A stretch of DNA of 64,000 nucleotides from Chromera velia (taxonomy: Eukaryota): positions 1 to 64,000 of the forward strand of contig JAHBMJ010000288.1 of the NCBI GenBank assembly GCA_018398765.1, in the 5' to 3' direction. The stretch's first letter is position 1, and every line of letters begins with the position of its first letter. The position numbers were made by a program, and so were the translations under genes. The notes under the pieces were generated by a model, which did not search any database, was not told where the DNA came from, and saw only the letters and a program-made list of their open reading frames with translations. Positions 1 to 18,331 of the stretch are shown here, piece after piece.

Positions 1-210
1 TTAATTCCAATACAGATACAACATTAGGGGCGCGCCCATAGAACGACATAGGCATGGACGGACTTGAATGCAAGCTTAGTACTCAACTTAGTGCATGACT
101 GGAAAGACGCTTTCAGGATAATCTTACTCTTTGACTTAATTCATTACAGCATGATTAGCTCGGGCGATCAACTCCGGCTAGAGCGAACAACTACATATCG
201 CAATGTAACG
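1..210 (-). repeat. 3' LTR (partial, truncated by window edge)
   Basis: Near-identical to 5455-5664. On the minus strand it is preceded directly by the purine tract GGGGGGGAGGTGGCA (211-225). Confidence 0.92.
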
Positions 211-414
211 TGCCACCTCCCCCCCGAAGTCTGTGTCCCCACACAGACATGCTTCATTTGAAGAGAAGACAAGTTTCGTTTTCAGACAGACTGGATGAAA
301 AGGCAAAAAGGACAGGTTCAAGGAGAGAGGGAAAAGAGGTCTTCAGAGAGAGATCAAACGGAGAAAACAAGAATTTCAAAGACAACGGACTTGCAATGCC
401 CTCAATCAGCAACC

Positions 415-5664
<5,250 letters not shown>

Positions 5665-6523
5665 GTAATAAAAAACATGCTAAAAGATGTGTATACAAAC
5701 AATTCAGTAAACTTAAAATAATAAGATTTATGCTTTAACAATTTAGATTTCTGTTTTTCTGTTTTAACAAGATATAACTAGGTTAGAAAAAAAAAATCTT
5801 TTTGGAGCATAGGATTATGATTAAGAATAATGTCCGGAGGATTGGTCTCCCGACATATAAAAATTCTGGATATAAATCTACATTTCAATAGGTTCAATTT
5901 CGATTTCCTCACTTGTCGAGTCACCTAATAAGACTGAAATTCATTTATTTTTACTATTCAAGTTTTTTTTTTAAAAAAATTTGAAGAGTGGCTAGTACGC
6001 TCGGTAAGCGTACCCTTCCGCCCGTAGGCCGCGGCCCCGGAATCGTTCCCGGCCCCCCCCCATCCCTGGATGGCCCCAGAGGGCGGAGCGAGGCTTGAAA
6101 CATGTTCGCACGGAGCTTTCCGCCCGGGGGGCACTTAATCCCCCGCGACTCCTTTCCTCCGACAACCTGAGGCGGGGCTCACAGGCCCCGGCATGCCCTC
6201 ACAACTTGACGCAGCGGCCCCTGAGCTAGGCCATCATGGCCTCCGCGCGGCCCGTGCGTCATTTGTCGAGCGGCCACTGCAACTGTCACGCCAATACTAC
6301 TGCATACAACACCACTACAAAAGTGTTGCAACAGAATTGCATGACATGAATTGAACGATCATTGATTTAATGTACACACGTGCGTGCATCCAGAGCTTTT
6401 CGATCGTAGCTCGACACCTCTGCTCAATGGAAGTGAAGTTTGACTAAATCACTGTAAGTACCAGACTCAGGGTAACTCAGGGGAAATCTGCATATATTGA
6501 AGCATCGCAATGAGATCCGGACC

Positions 6524-7258
6524 ATGATCTCCCGCCTTTGTAGCAGATCACTGCTGCAGACTCCTTCACGGGCTGTCCCTTTGCAGTATCTGCAACAACA
6601 CCGAATTAGGAACCCTCTCAGCCGTTTTTTGACTTTCAACAGCGACTCTCATCAAGACTGGGATGCAAATAGCGTCGATGAGAAGATCTGCAAGAAAGAT
6701 GATTTTGTTGAAATGCCTCCGCTCTTCAATGGTGTTCAGAGTGGGTGGAAGGCCTCCAGGGGTGGCCAACTTCAAAACACCGCCGGCCAAATCAAACGGG
6801 GATATCTTAACCAGGGGGGCTATCTGTACATATGGATCTCAGCCTGGAAGAAGAGTGTGTCAGTCCATCGTCTAATTGCGTCAACATTTCTCGCAAAACA
6901 GAAGATGGCAAAAGAAAATGCTTTTCCAGGAAAGCAATTGGATGTCGATCATATAGACGGTGACAAGCAGAACAATACAGTTGAAAATTTGCAGTGGGTG
7001 ACACGAAGGGAGCATGCGCAGAAGACCATGGCATCGCTGCAGTATCCACGCCCACCGATTTCGAGTGCATTCCCTGTGCACGCAAGAAATTTAGCGACTG
7101 GAGAGGAGGTCACTTTTGCCAGCATCAAATTGTGTGCGAAAGGTTTGGAGACTGGCCATGGTCCGCGCAGGCTGACTGTAGCACATCTTGCAGATCACCC
7201 TCAGGGGATCATGGTCAAGGTTGGGTTGTGCACATTGACAGAACGAAATTCCAACTAA
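6524..7258 (+). CDS. HNH homing-endonuclease-like protein (NUMOD4/HNH_3 type), N-terminal unit
   Basis: VSVHRLIASTF...DVDHIDGDKQNNTVENLQWVTRREH, followed by NUMOD1-like FASIKLCAKGL. Intronless. First ATG at 6524. Confidence 0.85.
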   Translation: MISRLCSRSLLQTPSRAVPLQYLQQHRIRNPLSRFLTFNSDSHQDWDANSVDEKICKKDDFVEMPPLFNGVQSGWKASRGGQLQNTAGQIKRGYLNQGGYLYIWISAWKKSVSVHRLIASTFLAKQKMAKENAFPGKQLDVDHIDGDKQNNTVENLQWVTRREHAQKTMASLQYPRPPISSAFPVHARNLATGEEVTFASIKLCAKGLETGHGPRRLTVAHLADHPQGIMVKVGLCTLTERNSN

Positions 7259-7695
7259 TCGATGGGGAGTATTTCAAGCGATTATACCTCGTTTGTGAGC
7301 ATGAACGCCGAGTCACGCCGCTTCTTGAATGCCTGAAAGACACCTCAGACGTGCCTCCCTGCATAGAGGTGTCGAATAGGGGACGGGTACGTTACTTGAA
7401 CGGCAGAATCGAGGCAGGATACCCGATGAATGGGTATTTGTACGCCACTTTGAACAGGGTGAAATTCAGAATCCACCGACTCGTTGCAGAGGCCTTTCAC
7501 CAGGAGCAAAAGCAGGCTCTGTTAGATGAAAATGCCGGGAAAAAGCCTCTGATGCTCCAAGTTGACCACAAAGACCGAAATAAGTTGAACAACAGAGAGG
7601 AGAACCTGCAATGGGTGACTCCGCCGATGCATGCACTTGAAACGTGGAAGCGAAGGAAAAGTTTGGACCAGAAACCGCAGGCTGTTGTGCCGTAA
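7218..7695 (+). CDS. Second HNH endonuclease unit, out of frame with the first (probable single frameshifted tandem-HNH gene 6524-7695)
   Basis: IEVSNRGRVR...GYLYATL...FRIHRLVAEAF...QVDHKDRNKLNNREENLQWVT. The frame switch is estimated near gtcaaggttgg (~7218). Confidence 0.8.
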
Positions 7696-8339
7696 TGAAG
7701 TCCATTGTATAACAAAGAGGAATCTCATTCTCTTCTTCCATTTCTCCTCCTTGTTTTTGGCCCCCCTTGTTGCTGCTTGTTCTGTCCTTCTTCACCTTTC
7801 AAACAGCAGACCGGGGTACTGACCCTCTTTCCAAAGCCCAATGACGCGGGTCCTGAATCTCAAAGCCTCTCTCCTCTGTCCCACCTAGTGATCCTTTTGC
7901 TCACAAAAGGACTTTCGCTCCCAAAGTCTTGTTTGTTGTGTTCTCTGCTAGTGAGGTTCAGTATCTCTGCGTCTCTAAGTATCGGTCTCTTTGCGTGTAT
8001 CCTTGTCTGTCTCTCACTCTGTTGAGACACCTAAGGGTTTGTCTTCGAGTGTCTCTCCCCGCCCCCCCCCCTCTCTCTTCTCCCTACTCTCTGCTCATCT
8101 TTTCCTCTTTCAATTAAAGTTCTTTTCTCCCTTCCCTCTTCCCCTAAGTTGTCGCTGCCTTGCTTAAAAGTTTCTTCCTGAGGCCTCCCCTCTTTGTGTA
8201 TGTTTGCAATTTTGTTGCCTCTCGCTCTTTCTCTGGTTTATGAGTCTGTGCCAGTCTGTGTATCTCTACATATCTCTACATATGTCTACATATGTCTCTC
8301 CTCCTCTGAGTCCTCTCTCTCTCTGCCCCCCCACCACCA

Positions 8340-8347
8340 TCTCTCTT

Positions 8348-8444
<97 letters not shown>

Positions 8445-8445
8445 T

Positions 8446-8524
<79 letters not shown>
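8340..8524. repeat. (CT)n/(GT)n microsatellite
   Basis: Directly visible dinucleotide arrays. Confidence 0.95.
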
Positions 8525-8525
<1 letters not shown>

Positions 8526-8729
8526 ATATATGAAAGTGTCACTTCCACAAAATTCTTTGGCGGTCTGTATTCAACCAATGGCTAGACTAGCAGGCGTTAC
8601 AGTAACAGTAATTATATATAAGTCTATATATTGATTGATTGGTTCATTTTTTAAAACGTTATACTACGGTCATAGTTTGAATTAAACTCTGAAATTAAGA
8701 CGTATATATATATATATATAAGACGTGTA

Positions 8730-8761
<32 letters not shown>

Positions 8762-9526
8762 AATATCATAGTAGGTGAAACATTACAAAAACTAGGCTAG
8801 AAACCAGATTTAAAATCTAAGAACTATAGTGCAAGAAGGGCCAGAAAAGTTTTTTAGTCCTAGCTTTTATTATTATAGTCGTAAATTGACTCATAATTTG
8901 ACTTTGAAGTTACAAACGAGATTTTTTATAATAGCAATAATGCTATTTCAGCTTTTAAAACTAATTTTAAAACTGGAAAGTCTTAATTGAATTCCATGGA
9001 ATTATAATGAAGTCAGTTATTATATAGATTTCTAATTCATATCATTAACTCGGATAAATAATCAATCAACAAATTTTTAACAACTTACGAGATTAGAATA
9101 GTGGAGATCAAATCAATCAAATCAATAATTGTGCACAGTGATGCATATATGAAAAGATATTTTAGCAATCTGTCTCATGTATATGAAATTAATTATATAC
9201 TGCATGTGTGAATGGTGACTTCATTGAATATCTACCACTACAAGTTTTAAACGGATACAATTTACTTCAGTTCCGATGGCGATGGTGCATGATGATGATG
9301 ATGATATTATCATCTACGTCAGAACATAAGCTACAACAACAAAACCCCACTTGCAGCTGCAGTTGCGGCAACTTTTGCTGTTGTCCAAGTTTTACACTAC
9401 AAGTTTTGCACTTCGCCAACTAGTAGTAGTAATGCAAAGCAACGCAAGCACTCAGAGCCACATACATGCACTGGCACCTAGAACTAGACAGAGAGGTGCG
9501 CTCCTGTCCGATGACAGCAAAACGGG

Positions 9527-10766
9527 TTATCCACCAGGCGAGAACCCAACTTTTGCGAAACCTTCCTCCAGAAGCTGCTTCGTGACAGGCTTGAACAGCA
9601 CGGTCAGAGCCCCCGCCTTCGCAAAGTCGTCCACCCTCTCTGTTTGCCCTGTCAGTCCCAAAAAGATCGGCAACGGACCCTCTCCTTCTTGGGAGCAGTG
9701 CGCTCTGATTTTCTCAATCGCTTCGGGTCCCTCCATGTTCGGCATGTTCCGGTCACAGAGCACCAGACGGAAACGCTCGCCTCTCGACTGCAAGCAGAAA
9801 ACGCAGAGCGAAAGTATTTCACAAAAACACGAGAGGTGTCTAGACAGGGTTTGAGATTCTTCTCTGGTTTAGAAATATCGACGTTTCAGACACTATAAAC
9901 CGATACTTCTCTAACGTCTAACGCAGGCGTCAAGCGACCAAGCACTGAACAAAGAGAGATCGGAGCAAATTCAGAAGAAGCAAAGAAAGAAAGAAAGAAA
10001 GAAGGAACAAGGAAGGAAGGAAGCAAAGAAAGAAAGAAAGAAGGAACAAGGAAGGAAGGAAGGAAGGAAAGAAAGAAAGAAATAAAGAAGGAAGGAAAGA
10101 AAGAATCAAAGAAAGAAAACAAGAAAGAAAGAAAGAAAGAAAGAAAGAAGGAAAGAAAGAATCAAAGAAAGAAAACAAGAAAGAAAGAAAGAATCAAAGA
10201 AAGAAAACAAGAAAGAAAGAAAGAAAGAAAGAAAGAAGGAAAGAAAGAATCAAAGAAAGAAAACAAGAAAGAAAGAAAGAATCAAAGAAAGAAAACAAGA
10301 AAGAAAGAAAGAATCAAAGAAAGAAAACAAGAAAGAAAGAATCAAAGAAAGAAAACAAGAAAGAAAGAAAGAAAACAAGAAAGAAAGAAAGAAAGAAAGA
10401 AAGAAAACAAGAAAGAAAGAAAGAAAGAAAACAAGAAAGAAAGAAAGAAAGAAAGAAAGAAAAAGCAAAAAGAAAAGACGGCCACAAGGACAAGCCACTG
10501 CTTTTCCACACACATCCATTCGTAAGTGAACCTCATCGCATCTTTCGTCTACGCCTCGTGCAGCTTGTAAGAGAAATGAAACTCCCGCACATATGCATGA
10601 ATCCCTTGATCTCCCGCACGCTTCCCTCGCCCTCTTCCTTCTTCTCTCTGTCGATCTCCCTCTTTATGCATCTGTGCCTCTTTCGCTAGCTGTTTCGCGG
10701 TCTTTTTCCCCTTACCCCGCCACACACAAACGCACCCACATACACACACGTACGCGGGAGCGCGCG

Positions 10767-10799
<33 letters not shown>

Positions 10800-11147
10800 N
10801 AAAGAAAGAAAACAAGAAAGAAAGAAAGAAAGAAAGAAAGAAAAAGCAAAAAGAAAAGACGGCCACAAGGACAAGCCACTGCTTTTCCACACACATCCAT
10901 TCGTAAGTGAACCTCATCGCATCTTTCGTCTACGCCTCGTGCAGCTTGTAAGAGAAATGAAACTCCCGCACATATGCATGAATCCCTTGATCTCCCGCAC
11001 GCCTCCCTCGCCCTCTTCCTTTTTCTCTCTGTCGATCTCCCTCTTTATGCATCTGTGCCTCTTTCGCTAGCTGTTTCGCGGTCTTTTTCCCCTTACCCCG
11101 CCACACACAAACGCACCCACATACACACACGTACGCGGGAGCGCGCG

Positions 11148-11186
<39 letters not shown>

Positions 11187-14100
11187 ACTTACTTACTTAC
11201 TTACTTTCACACGCACATACACATACCCCTTTTTACTTACTTACTTTCACACGCACATACACACACCACTGTTGCAGCCCCTCCCCGCCTTTCAACAGCT
11301 GACCTGATACCGCTCCACCGCCGCACTGCCGTCGTCACTCGTAGCCACCGAATACCCCATGCGCTTCAGGGTCATCGACACGGCCATCTGACACAGGGCG
11401 TTGTCTTCTACCAGAAGGATGTCCGCTGTGAAGCTGTTCAAGGGCGGGGCCGACGCACGGGGAGAGGAAGACGTGTCTTTTTCTTCCCTCGACACATGCC
11501 CTTCTCGGGGACCCCCCGCATCTTGCGGCTGTGGGACCGCGCCTTGTGAGACCGCTGCTTCTGCTACAGCAACAGACGCGGGCTTCGAGTCCGAAAGAGA
11601 AGATTCGGACTCTTTTCCGCTTTCTCCTGCCCCTGCCCTTGGTCCTGCTACTAAAGGCTGATCGGGCAGAAGGGAGAAGTTGATCTTCGCGAAGGCTTCC
11701 TCGAGCAGCTGCTTGGTGACAGGCTTGAACAGCACGGTCAGAGCCCCCGCCTTCGCAAAGTCGTCCACATTCTCTGTTTGCCCCGTCAGTCCCAAAAAGA
11801 TCGGCAACGGACCCTCTCCTTCTTGGGAGCAGTGCGCTCTGATTTTCTCAATCGCTTCGGGTCCCTCCATGTTCGGCATGTTCCGGTCACAGAGCACCAG
11901 ACGGAAACGCTCTCCTTTTGCCTGCAAAAGATTTGTTCAAACCGTTACCTGATACTGCAGGGCAGAAGTACGGCCGAGTCGGTGCTCCTCACATGGTTGC
12001 GTAATTCATCTTACCAGTTTTCAGAGTTTTCCCGTCTTTAATTAATATCTATTGTCTCTAGAGAGACGCGAGCCTTGAGGGCATAAGAGAAAGTGTGTTT
12101 CCTCAGGGAAACAATTAGTGCATGAAAGAGAGACAAAGAGATGCCAGAGGAGAAAAGAAGAGAGAAGAAAAGAAAAGACCGACCTGAAAGCGAAGCAGAG
12201 CAGCACTGCCGTCGTCACTGGCGGCTACGGAGAAACCCATTCTTTTCAGGTTCACGGTGAGTGCGAGCTGGCAGAGGATGTTGTCCTCTACCACCAAGAC
12301 GTCTGCTGTAAAGGGGTAGCCCCCGTTTAGAGCCTCGTGGTGTGGGTCTGTTCGTTTTTCCTGAAAACAGGATGGAAGCCCGGGATCAAGCAAGGAGAGG
12401 GCAGGGAAGGACACGCGCCCCCGTCTTTTTGGAGTGGGAGACGCTCTGGAGCTCTCGGCGGAAGTGGAGGCAGTTCCAGGGGAGGACACATGTAAAATTC
12501 CTTTGCTGGAGAAGGAAAGAGGAGACGCGGGGGGCTCCTTCAGGGAAGGCAACTGAATGCGACGGCGATGTGGTTGTGGAGATCCGTATGCAACTTGTGG
12601 AGAAAAAGATAGCTTCGTTGGTTCAAGAGGCGATGAAAATTCAAAAAACAATTCAGTTCCCTTGTTCGGTCCCTCACTACTGGCCCCGATTTTCCCCTGT
12701 GAATGTGCTTCAACGAACACCCGAGATATGCATAGGCCCAACCCAGTTCCCCCCCCCGTCTGGTGCTGTGCCGTTCGAATTTGATGATAAGCTTTGAAGA
12801 TCCTCGGAAGTTCTTCGGCCGAAATACCAATCCCCGAGTCCCTCACCCCGAATCGAATGGAGACCCACTCGATCCCTTTTCCGCTTCCATCTCCTTCCTG
12901 CAGCTGTGGGGCCTGACTCAACGCCTCAAAATGAGGAACGCTTCCTCGTCGTCGTGCGGTGGGTGTGGGGGTGGGGGGCTGAGAGTGGAGAAGGGAAACG
13001 TGAAGACTGAAAACTACGCGGCCTGGGAGGGGCGTGAACTTCTGAGCGTTTGAGAAGAAGTTGGCGAGGACCTGCGAGATCGAAGAAAGAAACGAAATTC
13101 GAGTGTCAACAAAAAGATACACGTGAGAAACAAAAATCCGTTCAGACACCCACTTTCCTTTTTTTCGCGACTCTTAAAAAGGAACGGGAAAAATTGGGGG
13201 GAAGGGGGGGAAATCGATCCACGCGGGAAGAGGCCTGTTGTTCCGGACAAGCACACAAGTGAGACAGAGTCACTGTGCCGAACAAAAGCGAGCACGCAAA
13301 ACCAGATTTCACACTCCAATCAATCAATGACCTCATTTTCGTCCCTTCATGTGAAATGGGGGTACTCTCTCTTGCCCATCTTTCTTCTTCCCTGCTGACC
13401 TGTCGCAGCCTGTTGAAGTCTGCCCAGGTTACCAGTCTCTTGCCGGCCAAGTGGGGGTCTATGAACATTTGGGAGTCAAATTCCAGAGACACGCCCTTCG
13501 TCTGCATCACACGGGAAGCCTCCCGCGCAACCGCCAAGAAAAACTCCTTCAAATCACCACTCACAAAATTGTACTGGAAACGCCCTGCAGTCAGCTGCTC
13601 CAGGTGCAACACGTCGTTGCAAATTGAGCCCATCTGGTCGAGCTGTGTCTGCACGGTTATGCCCAACTCCCTCAATGCACCTGCACTTGCCTCGAGAGAG
13701 GTAAGCATCTTTTCCAAATCGCGCGTCTTTCTCGCGCTCTCTGCCCCCTCTTCCAGGCCTTCCAACAGACTCAACATCTCGCAATGAAGCAGGGCTGTCA
13801 CATTCAAAGGATTGCGCACTTCATGCATAATATACGCCAAAAAACTGTGCTTCTGCTCTTCCGCATTTTGCCTCTGGGCATCCGATTTGACAAACGACTC
13901 GAGTGCTTCGTCTGTCAGATTGCGAATGCCATTCGACATCAACACGGCAGCATTTGCCACTGCGCACGTCGCCATGTAGTCATGGCTGGAGGGTGCACCG
14001 ATCCAGTAAGAAATGAACAGAAACCGCATGGCAAGCCACCCCGAAACCACACAGGTCATGTAAGTATAGAAACATCTGTCCGGTAATTGCAGGCCGCATG

Positions 14101-14488
14101 CCAGCATTACATGGAAGAAAACTGCGGCCCCCTGGATGAGGGTGTAGGACGGTACGGCTTCTGTGGAAGGAGGGAAGCACAAGGCGGCCTGTCCGGACCA
14201 CGCCATTGCACAGAGAGTGCCGGTAAGGACCCAGTCGAAGTGTCGAGTGGACGACAGGGCAACAAGTGGGCTCGCTTGTACGAGGGAGAAGGAGACTGCC
14301 ATGAGAACTGCACATTCTCTGCTGTACACGCCGACATAGCACAGGCCGGCGATGAAAAGCCAAGTGATTGGTCCATACAGATAAACGTACGGGTTTGCCA
14401 GTTTTTGAAGCTGCCGCTGAAGTGCCACACGCCTATTTTGACCGAAGGCTTCCTCGGCAGCCAGCGTCTGGAAGACTTGACTCGGCAT
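9527..14488 (-). CDS. Membrane-bound hybrid sensor histidine kinase (multi-TM, HisKA, HATPase, two REC domains); exons 14488-13400, 13071-12184, 11921-11304, 9787-9527
   Basis: H-box FLAYIMHEVRNPLN, N-box QVLANFFSNAQKFT, G1 VRDSGIGIS, G2 GGTGLGLCIS. Two receivers (VEDN...LVLCDRNMPNMEG...LTG...KP). Three phase-0 GT-AG introns join in frame. Several hydrophobic N-terminal segments. The start codon is inferred. Confidence 0.93.
9980..10460. repeat. (AAAG)n-based intronic simple repeat
   Basis: Visible tetranucleotide array in the last HK intron. Confidence 0.9.
10420..11180. repeat. ~381 bp tandem duplication spanning a single N (possible assembly artefact)
   Basis: 10420-10799 is near-identical to 10801-11180, with the junction at n10800. 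Confidence 0.85.
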
Positions 14489-17400
14489 TGCTCTCTTTGC
14501 ACTATGCACACTGAGGGAGCCGAAAGAAGGTCTGGCCTACCGTCTACGCATCTGAAGGTCCACGCGGAAGAGTGCACACCGATCACCAGCACACAGGCAG
14601 TGAACGAGTGATTGAATTGGTCTGCCGCTAGCTGTTCAATCTGTTTAGTTGAATCCGTCCATTGAATGACTCGACTTCATGCAAAGTCACTTCATCCGGA
14701 CTAAATCGAAACAACACATGCATGCACGTATACCCGAATATATAATGCTCCCTAATTAGCCGATTAATTTTTCATCGCCGAACTCAAAATCTTACGTTTC
14801 GGAGCCAATGTCGCTCTTCGCTTTCCGGGACCAAATAGGAGACGGCCGGGGCAAGATTGTCTGTCACCCCCACCTTTGAGAAACAATGACCGAAAAACGG
14901 CCTCTCAAATGGTTCTTCTTCAGTCGCAAGGCCACCACGAATTCCTACAGAAAGTTGATTGCATCCGGCCCTCTCTGCTTGCTCTGCCCCCACAGGCTTT
15001 CCACTCAGTTTCGCAGAAGCCAGAAAATTTGTTAACAGAACCAGACAGCGCCTCGAAAAAGTCTGTCCGTTTTCTCTGAGATCGCAAATTTCGACGAGTA
15101 GATTTTTGCACATTTTTCAGGCTTGAGGGAGGGAGGTGAATCTGTGCGACAAGACGTGGAGGAGTGCACAATGGTCCGTCGTTCACCTGCACAGGACTGG
15201 CTTCGGTGTATTTCTGCTGTGACCTTCTTTTTCTGTTTTTCTGTTTTGCGCTCTCAACCCTGACTTCTTTGTGTTGACGTGCAGCTTCGTGGAGGAGCAA
15301 GGACCTTCGGGGCTTTCGGGCGGGCCGCAGCGCAGCAGTCGTTTGGCTTCCGTCCAAATCAACGAGCTGCATTTGCGGCTTTTCGGAAATTTCACGCCCA
15401 TAGAGAGTCAGTCGAAAAACGTATGTGCACTTCCAGTGGAGACGGGATTTGTCTCACGTCAGTCTCCTACACCTTCATTGTCGCCATTCTTTTTTCTACC
15501 CCCTTGATTTCTGCAGCTTCCAATTAGAACACTATCGCACCACCAATGCCCCCCCTCTAGGGCAGTCTGGCCCCTCCGCTCTCGTGAACTTCCTCTCGGA
15601 CCTCTCTGCCTCCGAGGCCTTCCTCCACGCCCCCGGAGTCGCAGCCGAAGGTTAGTCGAAAGGGCTTTGTGCGTTTGTGTCCTCTTTTACTTGTCTCCAT
15701 GATCAACAGGGGTGCATGGGTTTGGGTGTTTGTCTTGCATGCTCCCTTCCTTGTGGGTGCACAGCACACCCTCTTATCATCCATCCGACGCATCGATCCG
15801 CCAAAACCTCCACCCACCCACCCAAACGGCCAACCGACCGGGCGTGAATGCAGTGACGGAGTCAGAAGACGGCTGGACGAAAGGCTGTCAGCCCTCCCGA
15901 TCCATAATCAATCAGATGGCAGGTGGAGTGCCACTGATGGCAGCATCAGGAGAGGAAGAAGAAGTGCTGCAGCAGAGGAGAAGGAGAGGGGAGGAGAAAC
16001 ACGAACACGAGGGGGGCGGTGGAGCAGTTAATTGGTGTTGAGGCAAAAACTTGGGGGGCATAGAGCAGAAAAGGTAAATAAGGAGAACTGGATGCTTTCC
16101 CACAGTTCTCAATTCATTTCTGTGGTTGAAATAGATGGGGGGATTCTTTGAATGCGACCGACTTCTTTTTTCTTACACTGAGATCTTCCATTCCTCATTC
16201 ATTGATGCCCAATACCTCCCTTTTTGCCCTAGGAGAGTGTCGTGCGCACCCGTTTCATTTGGATCGAATGGACGTCCGATCTTGTCACTCACTGCCTTTG
16301 TTTGAGACTGCTTCCCTTCTCCCGTAATTCCTCCTCATTGCTAAGAACATCTGCCCATCTGCCTGTTTGTCTGACTTGCGGCCCTGGCCACTTGGCCAGT
16401 TTTCCTTGTGTCGTAGCGTCGTTCTCGTTCACTCCCGCCTTGTGCAGTGTCCTTTTTTTTTACTTCCCTTTCTGTTGCCCGCTCTGCTGTATGCTCTTCT
16501 ACCCAGACAGTCTTGTGCAATTCCTGACTCTGTCCTGCCCTGGGTGGAAGAGTGTGTCTATGTGTTTGTACGGAAAGAAAAAGTGAGAGAGCAAAGGCCC
16601 CTTTTTTGAGAAGAGGGAGGAACCGTCCAGTGACATGCATGTGACAAGACGGGCGATTCGAGAAAGGAAAGAAGAAAAAAGGTTCACAAGGAAGCGCCTC
16701 CTCTCGCGTTCTTAGGGGCTGAACGAAGGAAGGCTTTTTTCTTTCTGCATTTTTCCCTTCGTTTCCGTTTGGGTTCATGCGTGGCCGTGTTTGTTTGCGT
16801 AGCGGGACCTCTGTTTCTACCTCTTTCTGTGATGTCTTTGTGCTTACCCCCCAAAAAAACAAGCGAAAAGAGAGGTCGCCACTTCAGGAGAAAAGCAGGT
16901 CGCCTTCCCTTTCTTCCTCTTCCCCCTGCTGCTGCTGCAGCTCTTTGCTTGGATGCCCCCCTGAACAGTCCTTTGAACTTGAGTTGCTGGCCGCATATCA
17001 AGAGCCTGAGGGTCACCTTTCCCCGCCTCACCTCGCTGTGACTTGACTGACCTCACCGTTCTCTTCCTCCTCATCCTCCCTCCTCCACCTGTGGTGTGAC
17101 CTGACTGACTGACTGACTGAGTGAGTGACTCGCAGGAGATCTGGGCGAACCCATCCGCCAAGAAAGGAAAGCGGTCGGATTCTACAATATATACGCGGAC
17201 TGTCTCACCTCGTTATGTTCAATCACTCACACAACGTCTACGACGACGAGACTGGACACCGACATTGTCAACAACCACCTCGACACCCACACAGAGACTG
17301 GAGCGTCTTCGCAGTTACAGCAGACCTGCTAGTGCCGGGAAGGCGAGGCAAGCTCGCGTCGGGATAGACAGAGAGACAGAGAGAGAAAAGGAAAGAGGGG

Positions 17401-18331
17401 GTATCGGAGGCGAGGCGACCATCCAATGGCGTGACTGAGGGAGGGAGCGATTCGGTGAGAGGATCGAGGGACGACTCCTTGCACGACAGCAAGCACCGCC
17501 GACAGGTAGTCAGAGTTTCCATTACGCAATTGGTAGTGGACACAAGAGATGCACTCGACATGCAGACAGAGAAAGGAGAGAGGGGGGGGCGATGCGATTC
17601 CCTCCAGTCGACTTTGTGGAAACAGAAAACACGGTGCGCAGTTTGTAGTTTGTGGGGCATGTTAAGAAGTCCAACAGTCCGTCGACTTAGACCATTCATT
17701 CATTGATACAGCCAAAAGGCGCTTATTGCTCTCGATTTGCCAGTGGATCCTGCAGTTTGCCTGCCTGTCAGCCCACCACTTAGTGACAAAAGCACGAATG
17801 ACACGGCTTAAACCGTCGGCTTTGAAGTTGAGTGATCAAGCGAGACCAAAAATTGGTCAACAATTTCAGTCTCTTGAATTTTTTCTTCATCTCATAGTGC
17901 ACATGGAACTAGCATTAGAACGTGTAAACAAAAACTTACTACTGTTAAATTGGCAGTGTCTATTGTTTTTGTAGGGCCGATTTTCTATGTGATCATTCGT
18001 GAATGAAACATTAATTAAAATGATACAAAAACCGTAATAGAACCGCAATTAAAGCCAATTAAAACGCTAATTCTATATATATATAGCGCCAATTAAAATC
18101 AAGAGTAATCCTCAGCCCTCGGAGTAACCTTAAAGGATCTTAGGGGCAACTATGAGAGCAGCCATTAGCGGCACATGCGGTAAGTCGACTATGCAATCGC
18201 TGCTAAATGCAATCGACGTGCCAATCGTTTTCAAGGTTCAAGTCTAGCTTCAAGTTTGTACACCGTCCATATAGGGGTTACGATGGGGGTCTGTGAGGAA
18301 CTTCTTGAAATTACGGATTACAACTTTTTTT

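Noticed and set aside
10420..11180. Biological tandem duplication in the HK intron
   Set aside because: The junction is a single N next to microsatellites, so an unmerged contig overlap is more likely.
14784..17700. ORFs such as 14920-15372 upstream of the kinase
   Set aside because: No recognisable domain or supportable splice model.
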